A stretch of DNA of 20,000 bases from an uncultured virus (IMG/VR IMGVR_UViG_3300048576_000363) (Duplodnaviria; Heunggongvirae; Uroviricota; Caudoviricetes). The DNA lies in IMG/VR virus record IMGVR_UViG_3300048576_000363, positions 110,640-130,639 of that record; one strand, 5' to 3'. Positions 6,468 to 14,590 of this stretch are shown here, one piece after another (the stretch's first letter is position 1; each line of letters starts with the position of its first letter). Both the position numbers and the translations under genes were made by a program. Below the pieces are notes generated by a model. That model saw nothing but the letters and a program-made list of their open reading frames with translations. It searched no databases and was not told the DNA's origin.

Positions 6468-9155
6468 TTATTTTAAAGCACTTCTATTATCTACTAGAAC
6501 TTTATTATACAAAAATTCACCTAAAACTTCTTCAGCTATACGAGGTCGTCTTTTAAAATCTGAAATTGTTTTTATTCCTTCTTCAAATAACTTACGTACT
6601 CTTACACCACCAATACCTTTTAAAAGACAAAGCTCTGTTTGCTCGTTTGTTATTTCATATTCAATTCTTAATTGTAATCTATTCCAAAACTCAAACTTGT
6701 TCCAATGTGAATACATTTTATCGATCATTTCTAGAGCTGAACACATTCTTTCTGAATCGAATTTCACTTGTCTTTTTTGATGTTCAGCAATTTCCTCTGA
6801 AAAAGAAAGGCATCCGTGAAATAAAACACCAATTGATGCACAAGCTTCTGATATAACTAAATTCCTGTTTCGACATGATGTAACAAATCCTTTAACAAGA
6901 TCTTGCATATCGCGTCCAGCAAAATTGTCACTATTATCAGGAATATTTGACAATGCCCAACTTATCGAATAGTCGTCAAGTCTATCCTCAGCAAACAATC
7001 TATTAAAATTAAAATACCATCCAGCAATAGTATATGGGCTATAGTATAAATAAGCAGCAACTTTCCCGAGTTTAGTTACACTATACTTGTTTGCTATTTT
7101 CTCTATAACTTTTATTTTTTCAAGTTTTGTAAGAAGCTCTTCAGCGTCAACTCGATCTAAATAATTAGATTGAAAAGCAGCAAGACTTCTATTATACCAT
7201 TCCATTAAAGTAGTAATATCATAAACTTCACCTTCAGAAATCTCTGAAATTATGTGAAAAGCAAGCACATTTGGATCGTTCATTGTAGACATAATGGGTG
7301 GAATATTTTGACACCAATTTTTATACCGCGTAAATTTTGTTTGAGGAAGAAGAACATGAGCATCACCTCTTGGGTCTAAACCAACACGCCCAGCTCTTCC
7401 AACCATTTGTTTTATGTCTAAAGGTTCAACTTCACTTATACCTCTATGCACTCCTACTACAATACATCTTCTTGCAGGCAAATTTATTCCCCAAGCAAGC
7501 GTAGATGTTGCAACTATAATTCTTACACCATCTTTTTCTTTAAAAGCATTAGGAATTCTAACTCTATCTTCAAGAGTGAGTTCTGAACTGTGAAGTTCTA
7601 CTTTCTCGTTCATTTGTTTAAGCTTATTAAAAATGACTTTGCCCATATTTTTTGAATGGACAAACACAATAAATTTATCTTCTTTGAATTGCTGCGTAAT
7701 TTCTACAGCTCTATTTACTTTATTTGTTTCAACAGCTTGATATTTTCCATAATCATCATATTGCTCATAATGAATATCTAAAATACAAGGCCTGTAGTTA
7801 GAATTTATAAGTTCAGATTTTTTTCCATTTAAACTAGAAAGCCATCTTGAAAGTTCATCGACATTTTGCATTGTTGCTGATAAAAAAACAATTCTACAAG
7901 AAGGATTTTGTTTTGTAAAACGCATTATAGCACTTTCAGCTTTATCACCTCTACCTTTAATGCATAAAAGGTGTGCTTCATCTTGAACTATAGTTCCTGC
8001 TTCTAAAAGCCAACTATTCGATTCAATTGTTATACGACGTGTTCTGCTATCTAGCATTTCTGTCGTCATAATTATTATATTTGCATCATTAAGTTCTTTA
8101 ACTCTTTCTTCAGTTAATTGATAGTCTCCTGTAACAATGCTTATGTTTAGTTTACTCCAATCATGTTTTGGATCAGTCCAATCTTGATATTTTTCTTGAG
8201 AAACAGCTTTTAAAGGTGATAGAAAAATAGCTTTTCTACCATTCGCAATAGAATCAGACATAAACATTTCTGCAACAGTTGTTTTTCCTGCTGAAGTAGA
8301 TGCTGCAACTACGCAATTAACATCCTTATTGTAATATTGAAAAACTTCAGATTGTACTGGATTAAAATTTTCAAATTTGAATTTCATGTGCGGGAAACTT
8401 GAAGTTTTCACTATCTCAATTTGTTTAGTTGGTGCTGCCGGTGCTTCAGCTTCTTTTTTTTGTTGTTCTTTTTTTACTTGAGGCATTTCAAATTCAAGTT
8501 TAAGTTGTGGTTCGTCTTCAATTCCTTGGCCATAAATCTCAACATCTCTTACTTCACGAACACCTTTGCACCCTGTTTTGAAAAAATTAGAACACCCATA
8601 AAATTCACCTTTTCTACCTGAGCGTTTTTGCATCAATGCATCACATTCAGGACAATGAACAATTTCATTTTGTGATTCAGAAGTTAAAGCTGTTTTTGAA
8701 TGAAATTCGCCAAACAAATTCATTGTAGATTTGCAAGTAGGATATGAAAGACAACCATAAAATGGTCCCTTTGTACCTTCTCTTAAAACCATTGCACTAT
8801 TGCATGTCTTACATATTTCTATTTTTTTGACTTCTTGTTTAAGTTCATCAAGTTTTTCTTTAAGACGTTCTCTCCAATTTGTCATTCTGTGAGTTCTTTT
8901 TGCTTTGTCAATTGTTTTTTGACTTATAAAATCAACAAGAACACATCTTATAGCATCTTCACCAATCAATCTTGAAGAATTTACGAATTTATCTATTGAT
9001 GAATAAATTCGAATATTGATAGTAGGTTTTTCTGTAGGAATCTCATATATAAGTTCATTTGCATTTTGCTGTTCAAAAACTGTAGGAACTTTTGATGAAT
9101 ATGAAGTAAGAAAACTTTCAAAATCTTTTATTGAAATCGTCACAAATTCAGACAT
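6468..9155 (-). CDS. Ski2/Hel308-like SF2 DExH helicase with N-terminal extra domain and two topoisomerase-IA-type C4 Zn ribbons
   Basis: Q motif FNPVQ, ASTSAGKT, SPLKA, TGD, DEAH, LSAT, ATSTLAWGINLPA, QMVGRAGR, winged-helix TKLGK, C-terminal HhH LKGIGGVR. CxxC..M..R.G..G.FYGC..(Y/F)..C occurs twice near the N-terminus. AAGGAG RBS. Confidence 0.9.
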   Translation of the reverse strand: MSEFVTISIKDFESFLTSYSSKVPTVFEQQNANELIYEIPTEKPTINIRIYSSIDKFVNSSRLIGEDAIRCVLVDFISQKTIDKAKRTHRMTNWRERLKEKLDELKQEVKKIEICKTCNSAMVLREGTKGPFYGCLSYPTCKSTMNLFGEFHSKTALTSESQNEIVHCPECDALMQKRSGRKGEFYGCSNFFKTGCKGVREVRDVEIYGQGIEDEPQLKLEFEMPQVKKEQQKKEAEAPAAPTKQIEIVKTSSFPHMKFKFENFNPVQSEVFQYYNKDVNCVVAASTSAGKTTVAEMFMSDSIANGRKAIFLSPLKAVSQEKYQDWTDPKHDWSKLNISIVTGDYQLTEERVKELNDANIIIMTTEMLDSRTRRITIESNSWLLEAGTIVQDEAHLLCIKGRGDKAESAIMRFTKQNPSCRIVFLSATMQNVDELSRWLSSLNGKKSELINSNYRPCILDIHYEQYDDYGKYQAVETNKVNRAVEITQQFKEDKFIVFVHSKNMGKVIFNKLKQMNEKVELHSSELTLEDRVRIPNAFKEKDGVRIIVATSTLAWGINLPARRCIVVGVHRGISEVEPLDIKQMVGRAGRVGLDPRGDAHVLLPQTKFTRYKNWCQNIPPIMSTMNDPNVLAFHIISEISEGEVYDITTLMEWYNRSLAAFQSNYLDRVDAEELLTKLEKIKVIEKIANKYSVTKLGKVAAYLYYSPYTIAGWYFNFNRLFAEDRLDDYSISWALSNIPDNSDNFAGRDMQDLVKGFVTSCRNRNLVISEACASIGVLFHGCLSFSEEIAEHQKRQVKFDSERMCSALEMIDKMYSHWNKFEFWNRLQLRIEYEITNEQTELCLLKGIGGVRVRKLFEEGIKTISDFKRRPRIAEEVLGEFLYNKVLVDNRSALK

Positions 9156-9215
9156 AATATTTCTCCTTGAGGTATTATATCTTAAAAACTGTCTAATAAA
9201 GCCAATTATAAAAAC

Positions 9216-9245
9216 AAAAAAGGGCTTAGATATTCATCTAAACCC
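9216..9245 (-). terminator. Rho-independent terminator
   Basis: Minus strand GGGTTTAGA-tgaata-TCTAAGCCC followed by TTTTTT, just downstream of the 9268-9795 gene. Confidence 0.7.
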
Positions 9246-9267
9246 TATAAACTTTATTTTGAGAAAA

Positions 9268-9795
9268 TTAATTTTGTTCTTTTTCCTGTTTTTCTTTCTC
9301 GAGTGTGCCTTGCGTACCAAAAGTATTATACAATCTACGTTCAGTAGTTAAAAGACGTTTGAATGCAGGTATACCATTGACAACACCAAAGTTTAAAATC
9401 TCTTTTAAAAGTTTTACAGCTGGGTATCTATCAACAGCAGTATATCTCATCAAAATTCTTTTAAGATCCATAATTGTTTGAGCAACATCTTTAGGGACTA
9501 CCTGTTCGTCTTTTTTTCCTTGTTCAAGAGTAAGTAAAATTGCATTTCTTGCTTTTTTCAATCTTGGATTATCAAAAAGCGGATTTAATTTTGCAAAAAT
9601 TTTATCATTACCCTTAGGTTGTAAAAATTTCCTAATGAATGTTACATAAGCTTGAATTTCTTTTCCTATTCTCTTCTTTTCTTTATCATCAATAAGAATT
9701 TCATCTTTTGGATCTTGTTCTGGATTCTCAACTTCAGCTACAAGTTGTCTTGCAGTTTTTTTGATTTCATTCGCAAACAAAAATAAATCATTCAT
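9268..9795 (-). CDS. hypothetical protein, 175 aa
   Basis: AAGGAG RBS; overlaps the spoVG 3' end; helical and charged; no known motif. Confidence 0.75.
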   Translation of the reverse strand: MNDLFLFANEIKKTARQLVAEVENPEQDPKDEILIDDKEKKRIGKEIQAYVTFIRKFLQPKGNDKIFAKLNPLFDNPRLKKARNAILLTLEQGKKDEQVVPKDVAQTIMDLKRILMRYTAVDRYPAVKLLKEILNFGVVNGIPAFKRLLTTERRLYNTFGTQGTLEKEKQEKEQN

Positions 9796-10054
9796 GTATT
9801 ATCTCCTTTGAAATTTTCTCATACTCAATTAAAATTTTTTCTTGAATTGTTTTTCTAAACTCTGTATTAAGGGGATGAACTAAATCTTTGAATTTCTCTC
9901 CAGATCGTTTAGAAGGCATTGCTACAAAAATACCTTTTACTCCATCTAAAACTTTAATCCCGTGAATGACAAGCATGTCATCAAAAGTTATGCTTACAAA
10001 AGCTTTGACTTTTTTGTCATTAGAAGGAGAGACACGTACTTCAGTTATTTCCAT
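9788..10054 (-). CDS. spoVG: SpoVG family DNA/RNA-binding protein
   Basis: MEITEVRV...KAFVSITFDD..VIHGIKV..G..GIFVAMPSKR..FKDLVHPLN..FR..IQ..IL is the SpoVG signature; ATG at 10054. Confidence 0.95.
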   Translation of the reverse strand: MEITEVRVSPSNDKKVKAFVSITFDDMLVIHGIKVLDGVKGIFVAMPSKRSGEKFKDLVHPLNTEFRKTIQEKILIEYEKISKEIIHE

Positions 10055-10087
10055 AACCAAGAGTGTTTAAATAAATACTTTAGAAAA

Positions 10088-10618
10088 CTAGATACTAAAA
10101 CCTGTAATAAGAGTTTCGCCCGTATGTTTGTTAATACGATACTCTCGTTTGTAGATAGGTAGTGAAAAAAGCTTTGAACCTCGTTCTGTGAGATAAATAA
10201 CTTCTTGATTACTTGAACCTTTCCATTGAGATTCACATTTCTTGTCAATGTCAAAAGGTCCTGAACAAAGAAAGTCAATAGAAGACAAGATATCTTTATA
10301 TTTTGTTGATATTATGTCATATGAATAACCTGAGCATAAAAAAATATCTTTATATGCAAAAACTCTTTTTGTTAGCTCTAAAACAGAATCAAATTGGTCT
10401 AAAGGTTCACCACCAGTAATTGTCAAACTAAGATCTGATTTTATGATTTGTGATGCAAGAGAATCTATATCTTGAAGATATCCAGCAGAAAAATCCCAAG
10501 TATCAATATTTATGCAGTTTTTGCAATGAATACTACAGCCCTGTACCCATACAGTAAAACGTTCACCAGGACCTTGGACTTTACTTTTCTCAATAATATG
10601 GTTTAATCTTAAATTCAT
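10088..10618 (-). CDS. NrdG-like radical SAM (4Fe-4S) activating-enzyme family protein
   Basis: GPGERFTVWVQGCSIHCKNCIN (CxxxCxxC), TGGEPLDQ, SGY and GSSNQ motifs. Confidence 0.88.
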   Translation of the reverse strand: MNLRLNHIIEKSKVQGPGERFTVWVQGCSIHCKNCINIDTWDFSAGYLQDIDSLASQIIKSDLSLTITGGEPLDQFDSVLELTKRVFAYKDIFLCSGYSYDIISTKYKDILSSIDFLCSGPFDIDKKCESQWKGSSNQEVIYLTERGSKLFSLPIYKREYRINKHTGETLITGFSI

Positions 10619-10915
10619 TTACTCTAAAAAACTATCAACTATTTTTATTATCTCTTCAATTAATTCTTTTTTCTTCATTGTTTTTGTAAAATCTTTTTCA
10701 GAAGTTTTTGTTCCTGGCAAAACAGATTTTACAACTTCATAATTACTTTTCTTTTTCCAAACATCGAGAGTCATTGAACTATTTGATAAAGAAAAACATG
10801 GTTCTTCGATATGGCTAGATTTAGAAGATAAAATTTGTTCAGCAATAAAAGATTCAAAATCAGAATCATTCATTGCATGAAGTTCTTCTGCGATTTTCTT
10901 TATGTTTTTTTTCAT
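10619..10915 (-). CDS. hypothetical protein, 98 aa
   Basis: Tightly packed (ATGA overlap upstream, abuts the next gene); no motif. Confidence 0.7.
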   Translation of the reverse strand: MKKNIKKIAEELHAMNDSDFESFIAEQILSSKSSHIEEPCFSLSNSSMTLDVWKKKSNYEVVKSVLPGTKTSEKDFTKTMKKKELIEEIIKIVDSFLE

Positions 10916-11292
10916 ATTTTTTCAACTTTACTTAAAGGCACTTCATCCATAACAGAAATTGCATTTGACTGAACATGTGCTTCAACATTAGCTAAAGTCT
11001 GATCTGGTAAAATTACATCAAACCAAACTTTCACTCTATCTTCTGTTCTGTCAGGTATGATTTCTTTAACGACTCCTTCAGAATTCATAGCCAATGCGCC
11101 ATAAGTTTCTATTAACCTAACCCTATCATTAACTGCTATTTCTATATCATAAATATAATCTGATGAATCAATATTTAAACAAACAGGTTGGTCGAGGACA
11201 GTAAATTGAATTGTGCCTCGACCATCAGACTCAATGACAAGTTTAGCAGAATTTACGAGTATAGAAATCGGGTCGTTTAAAAGAACATTCAT
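10912..11292 (-). CDS. hypothetical protein, 126 aa (possible C-terminal SH3/KOW-like beta domain)
   Basis: AGGAG RBS and ATGA overlaps; VNDRVRL...EGVVKEI...VKVWFD resembles SH3-like barrels (by eye only). Confidence 0.7.
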   Translation of the reverse strand: MNVLLNDPISILVNSAKLVIESDGRGTIQFTVLDQPVCLNIDSSDYIYDIEIAVNDRVRLIETYGALAMNSEGVVKEIIPDRTEDRVKVWFDVILPDQTLANVEAHVQSNAISVMDEVPLSKVEKI

Positions 11293-11516
11293 CTCCTTGA
11301 ACCAGGTCTTCTTTCACCATCAGCAATGCTCAGGTTCTTTTCTCTCTGACCACCAATAACACCCATATTGTAAGTGAAAACCATATTCACAGTTTCAACA
11401 ATATGTCCAGGTGTCAACGGTACACTCGTTAAGCGACCACCCTGGTCGTTAATTTCGTACAGATCTTTTGGTGTTGCTACTCCTGCATCAAACATGATTT
11501 TTTGTTTAATACCCAT
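11289..11516 (-). CDS. hypothetical protein, 75 aa
   Basis: Strong AAGGAGG RBS; ATGA coupling to the next gene. Confidence 0.75.
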   Translation of the reverse strand: MGIKQKIMFDAGVATPKDLYEINDQGGRLTSVPLTPGHIVETVNMVFTYNMGVIGGQREKNLSIADGERRPGSRR

Positions 11517-11572
11517 TTTATTCCTCCTTAAAGTTTTTTTGTCAAGACTTTTAAAGAAGATATAGATAAAAA

Positions 11573-12274
11573 CTATAGAAAATTACTTTCTTTTGTAACT
11601 AAATCTATAAGAACTTTCATGTTTCCTGTTTTTATATTTTTCAAAAATCTTTTTTCTTTCTCTAAACGCTCTTCTGATTTTAACCAAATCTTATCTAAAA
11701 TAATAAAATCATTATGTTTTAAAAAAGAAACCATACCAATATTTGTACAATCATGTTCTATAACATAACATAAAAGTTTTGCATTGTCTTTTTTACATTC
11801 ATAAAATAAATGTTTTTTAGAAACAAAAAACTCTTGATTGCAAAACTTAAAAGACTTAATTCCTGCACCATTGATTTTCACTTCTTCATTAGATAAATTT
11901 CTTGAAATATCAATTGCTTGCATTATAAAAAAGTCGTAAATGTTTCTGTTAAATTCTATTTCATTTGAGATTTTGATTAGACGCATACTTTCTAAAATAG
12001 AACTGCAATGCGTACAAGAACATAAATGCGTTAAAACAAGGTCTTTTTGATACTGAGGCATATAATCTAATTGTTTTTCTTTATTATCTGAATCAACAAT
12101 TAGCATTTCTAAATATGGTTTTGTTATGTGTTTGTGCTCAAAAATATTTGAAATTAGCTCAGATTTACTTGCACATACTGGACAAACAAAAACAAACGTT
12201 TGTATATCTTCAAACCAAAAATTATCATCGACATTGTATATAGATAAAGGTAAATCACATTGTTTGCATTTCAT
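11573..12274 (-). CDS. Zn-binding protein with N-terminal C4 ribbon and an HxxxCxxC (zf-HC2/ZAS-like) motif
   Basis: Start likely MKCKQC at 12274 (GGGG RBS); CKQC...CPVC, then HLCSCTHC at 12005-12028. Confidence 0.7.
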   Translation of the reverse strand: MKCKQCDLPLSIYNVDDNFWFEDIQTFVFVCPVCASKSELISNIFEHKHITKPYLEMLIVDSDNKEKQLDYMPQYQKDLVLTHLCSCTHCSSILESMRLIKISNEIEFNRNIYDFFIMQAIDISRNLSNEEVKINGAGIKSFKFCNQEFFVSKKHLFYECKKDNAKLLCYVIEHDCTNIGMVSFLKHNDFIILDKIWLKSEERLEKEKRFLKNIKTGNMKVLIDLVTKESNFL

Positions 12275-12968
12275 CTTTACCCCGAATACCATATTTTTTA
12301 CTGAGAGAATCTTTTACATTTTTTGCTTCACTCGTTGTTGTTTTTTGAAATTCAATCAATGAAACAGGTCTTCTTTCTTTGGGTCTTGTGTGACTCGAAC
12401 CGCAACCTTGATTATGATATTTTATTGCTTTTTCTATGTTTGATGTTGCACCAACATAGAATGTCTCGTCTTTACACTTTAAAACAAAAACAAAAAAGTC
12501 ATTTTCAGAGAAACAATCGCTAGACATTACATTACTTATTGTATTTTGTTCTATTGAAGGTGTAATTACTTCTGAGTTTTGAATTGTTTCTGGCATTAAA
12601 GGTAGTTGTTGAATAGTTTCAACTTCTGAAGTTTGTTGTATTGTTACTAAAGTAGAAACTTGTTCAAGAGGTTTTGTGTCTAATTCTGTCTGTTGTGAGA
12701 CAGGTATAGTTGTAGGTGTAGTAATACCAACATCTTGGAAAATTGAAACAAACTCAGTTTCTTTTGTTTGCGAATTGTTTTTTGCTAAACCATGAAGTTC
12801 AGCTTGAATTCCTAAAATTTTCGCACATTTCGAGCAAAGAAAAGTAGTGTTATTCACTTTAAGAATAGAGTTACCTATATCGTTTTGTTTGTATGCTTCT
12901 TGACATCCCCTTGTACAATAAACATATTTCTTTATTTGATCACCGTCTCTATAAAAATATTTTCTCAT
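12255..12968 (-). CDS. Zn finger + Q/T-rich linker + degenerate GIY-YIG (UPF0213-like) domain protein
   Basis: ATG at 12968 overlaps the DUF932 stop (ATGA); CTRGC..CSKC; C-terminal FVFVLKCKDETFYVGATSNIEKAIKYHNQGCGSSHTR..RRPVSL. Confidence 0.8.
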   Translation of the reverse strand: MRKYFYRDGDQIKKYVYCTRGCQEAYKQNDIGNSILKVNNTTFLCSKCAKILGIQAELHGLAKNNSQTKETEFVSIFQDVGITTPTTIPVSQQTELDTKPLEQVSTLVTIQQTSEVETIQQLPLMPETIQNSEVITPSIEQNTISNVMSSDCFSENDFFVFVLKCKDETFYVGATSNIEKAIKYHNQGCGSSHTRPKERRPVSLIEFQKTTTSEAKNVKDSLSKKYGIRGKDEMQTM

Positions 12969-13891
12969 AATTTGATTAATGTGGAAACTGAATTCCAAGC
13001 TTTCTGTTTAAGAAGTAATGCGCTCCCCCAAAATAAAGACTCAAGATGGTTTGAGACTCTTTCTAAATTATCTTTACCTTTTGACAACCTTTCGTAATCT
13101 ATAAAATTAACAATAGAATTGAACCATGCCCAAGCAGAATCTGCTGATGATGGGAATGTAGTAATTTCTTTTTCGTATTGTGTTTTTATTTTTTCAAAAG
13201 TGTTTTTAGTTCTTGTAGAATCAAAACTGTAATTTTCAAAACTATTTGAAAGAAATAAATCTACTTTTTTTGTGCTAAATTTCGATTTATATAAATTGTT
13301 CACTGCATCTTCAAATTTTTCATAAAAAATTTCTGATAATTTAAAAATCTTTGAAGCTTCATCTATTCTTGTTTTGACATTTCCTACATGACGCATTTGA
13401 ATTCCCTGTTCAACTCTTTTTCCGAAAGAAATATTCAATGCTGTCTCAGTTTTTGAACGTAAGGGAAAAAAATACGCTCTAATTGCACCTCTCCCATCAT
13501 GAGCATTTGAAAATAAAATAAATTTTTGTATTGTATCGTTTGAAGGAAGTGAAATATCTTTGTTTAGTTTTAAAAGCAACCAAATTTTTTCACCTTTGCC
13601 TATATAACCAGCAGCATAAAATGTAGCATCACCTCGTTGAACTATATGATCTAAAAACGAAAAAACTTGCGTATTTTGAATACTTTTATATGTTGATGTT
13701 ACAATACCTAAAGGTTGATTTGTATCTTTTCTTACTATTGCAACTTTTCCGTCTATAACCTGACCATCTACAATTTGAATTTGTCGTGATTCGACTTCCC
13801 AAGAAAGATTTGCTTTTTGCATTGCTGCTAACGAAGTTTTTGTTGTTTTAGGAACAAAACTCCCAAAATTATACCAAATTTTTTTACTCAC
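12965..13891 (-). CDS. DUF932 family phage/plasmid protein
   Basis: A.L.WEV, AIVRKD...LGIV...Y..IQN...F.F, AG....G.KIW, FSNAHDG, RH.G, AW..FN.....DY and SLFWG patterns typical of DUF932; GTG start with AAGGA RBS. Confidence 0.8.
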   Translation of the reverse strand: MSKKIWYNFGSFVPKTTKTSLAAMQKANLSWEVESRQIQIVDGQVIDGKVAIVRKDTNQPLGIVTSTYKSIQNTQVFSFLDHIVQRGDATFYAAGYIGKGEKIWLLLKLNKDISLPSNDTIQKFILFSNAHDGRGAIRAYFFPLRSKTETALNISFGKRVEQGIQMRHVGNVKTRIDEASKIFKLSEIFYEKFEDAVNNLYKSKFSTKKVDLFLSNSFENYSFDSTRTKNTFEKIKTQYEKEITTFPSSADSAWAWFNSIVNFIDYERLSKGKDNLERVSNHLESLFWGSALLLKQKAWNSVSTLIKL

Positions 13892-14003
13892 TGTTGGTCC
13901 TTTTCTAACTATTTATATCTAAAACTATCTTTATATCGTACTATTTTTTTAAACAACCAACAGATAATAAACGTACAACTAAAATACCAACAAGTGTTTT
14001 TTA

Positions 14004-14147
14004 TTATTCCCGAGATTCTTCGTCATCAAAATGTTCTTCAGAATCAAAACACAAACCATCTTCTGTTGTTCCAAACTTTTTTTCATCTTCATCGAAATCA
14101 TCATCAAAAAGAAACTTATAAATATCATCTTCTTCTAACATAAACAT
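14004..14147 (-). CDS. very acidic small protein, 47 aa
   Basis: Hand translation MFMLEEDDIYKFLFDDDFDEDEKKFGTTEDGLCFDSEEHFDDEESRE*; perfect AAGGAGGT directly before the first ATG, better spaced to the second ATG at 14141. Below the ORF-track length cutoff. Confidence 0.75.
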   Translation of the reverse strand: MFMLEEDDIYKFLFDDDFDEDEKKFGTTEDGLCFDSEEHFDDEESRE

Positions 14148-14270
14148 ACCTCCTTAAAAAAAAGATATAAAGTATAGAAAAATCTAGCCACTGATAGACA
14201 AAATTTTGCATTGTGTTTATTATTGTCTTAATTTAAAATTAATTGATATTAGATTTCATAAAGAGATAAA

Positions 14271-14552
14271 ATGACACAGATTAATAATGTAAAAGATATC
14301 AGTGTTTCTTCATTTAAAACATCTTGCTGCTTCACAGGCGCGCTCCTTGACGATTCTCTAGAGCAAAAGCTAATACCAATAAAAAAACGTTTAGTAAAAC
14401 GAGCTTTACGTCAATATAAAACAATTTCAGCATGTACACCAATTTGCTTTCAAGTTTATGAACAAAAACTTTTGTTCTGGTTCAATAGCAACGAAACCAC
14501 AAAAACTCTTTCTCAATCAATTAACGAATCTATCGCTATTTCGACTTATTAA
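14271..14552 (+). CDS. hypothetical protein, 93 aa
   Basis: First gene of the plus-strand block; weak AAGAG RBS; no opposing ORF. Confidence 0.6.
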   Translation: MTQINNVKDISVSSFKTSCCFTGALLDDSLEQKLIPIKKRLVKRALRQYKTISACTPICFQVYEQKLLFWFNSNETTKTLSQSINESIAISTY

Positions 14553-14590
14553 AAATAGAAACTTGATTAAAAAAGTTTTAAAATTAAAAC

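Noticed and set aside
10054..10090. TAG read-through fusing the radical SAM gene to spoVG (same frame)
   Set aside because: An in-frame TAA lies seven codons after the TAG.
12530..12780. Tandem repeat in the Q/T-rich linker (ETIQQ/ETIQN/VTIQQ)
   Set aside because: Only loose low-complexity similarity, with no regular nucleotide period.
1485..13097. Plus-strand ORFs in the track (1485, 1903, 2256, 2694, 3643, 4564, 5011, 6566, 8421, 9016, 9962, 11374, 12126, 12323, 12885)
   Set aside because: Antisense shadows of well-supported minus-strand genes, with no recognisable motifs.
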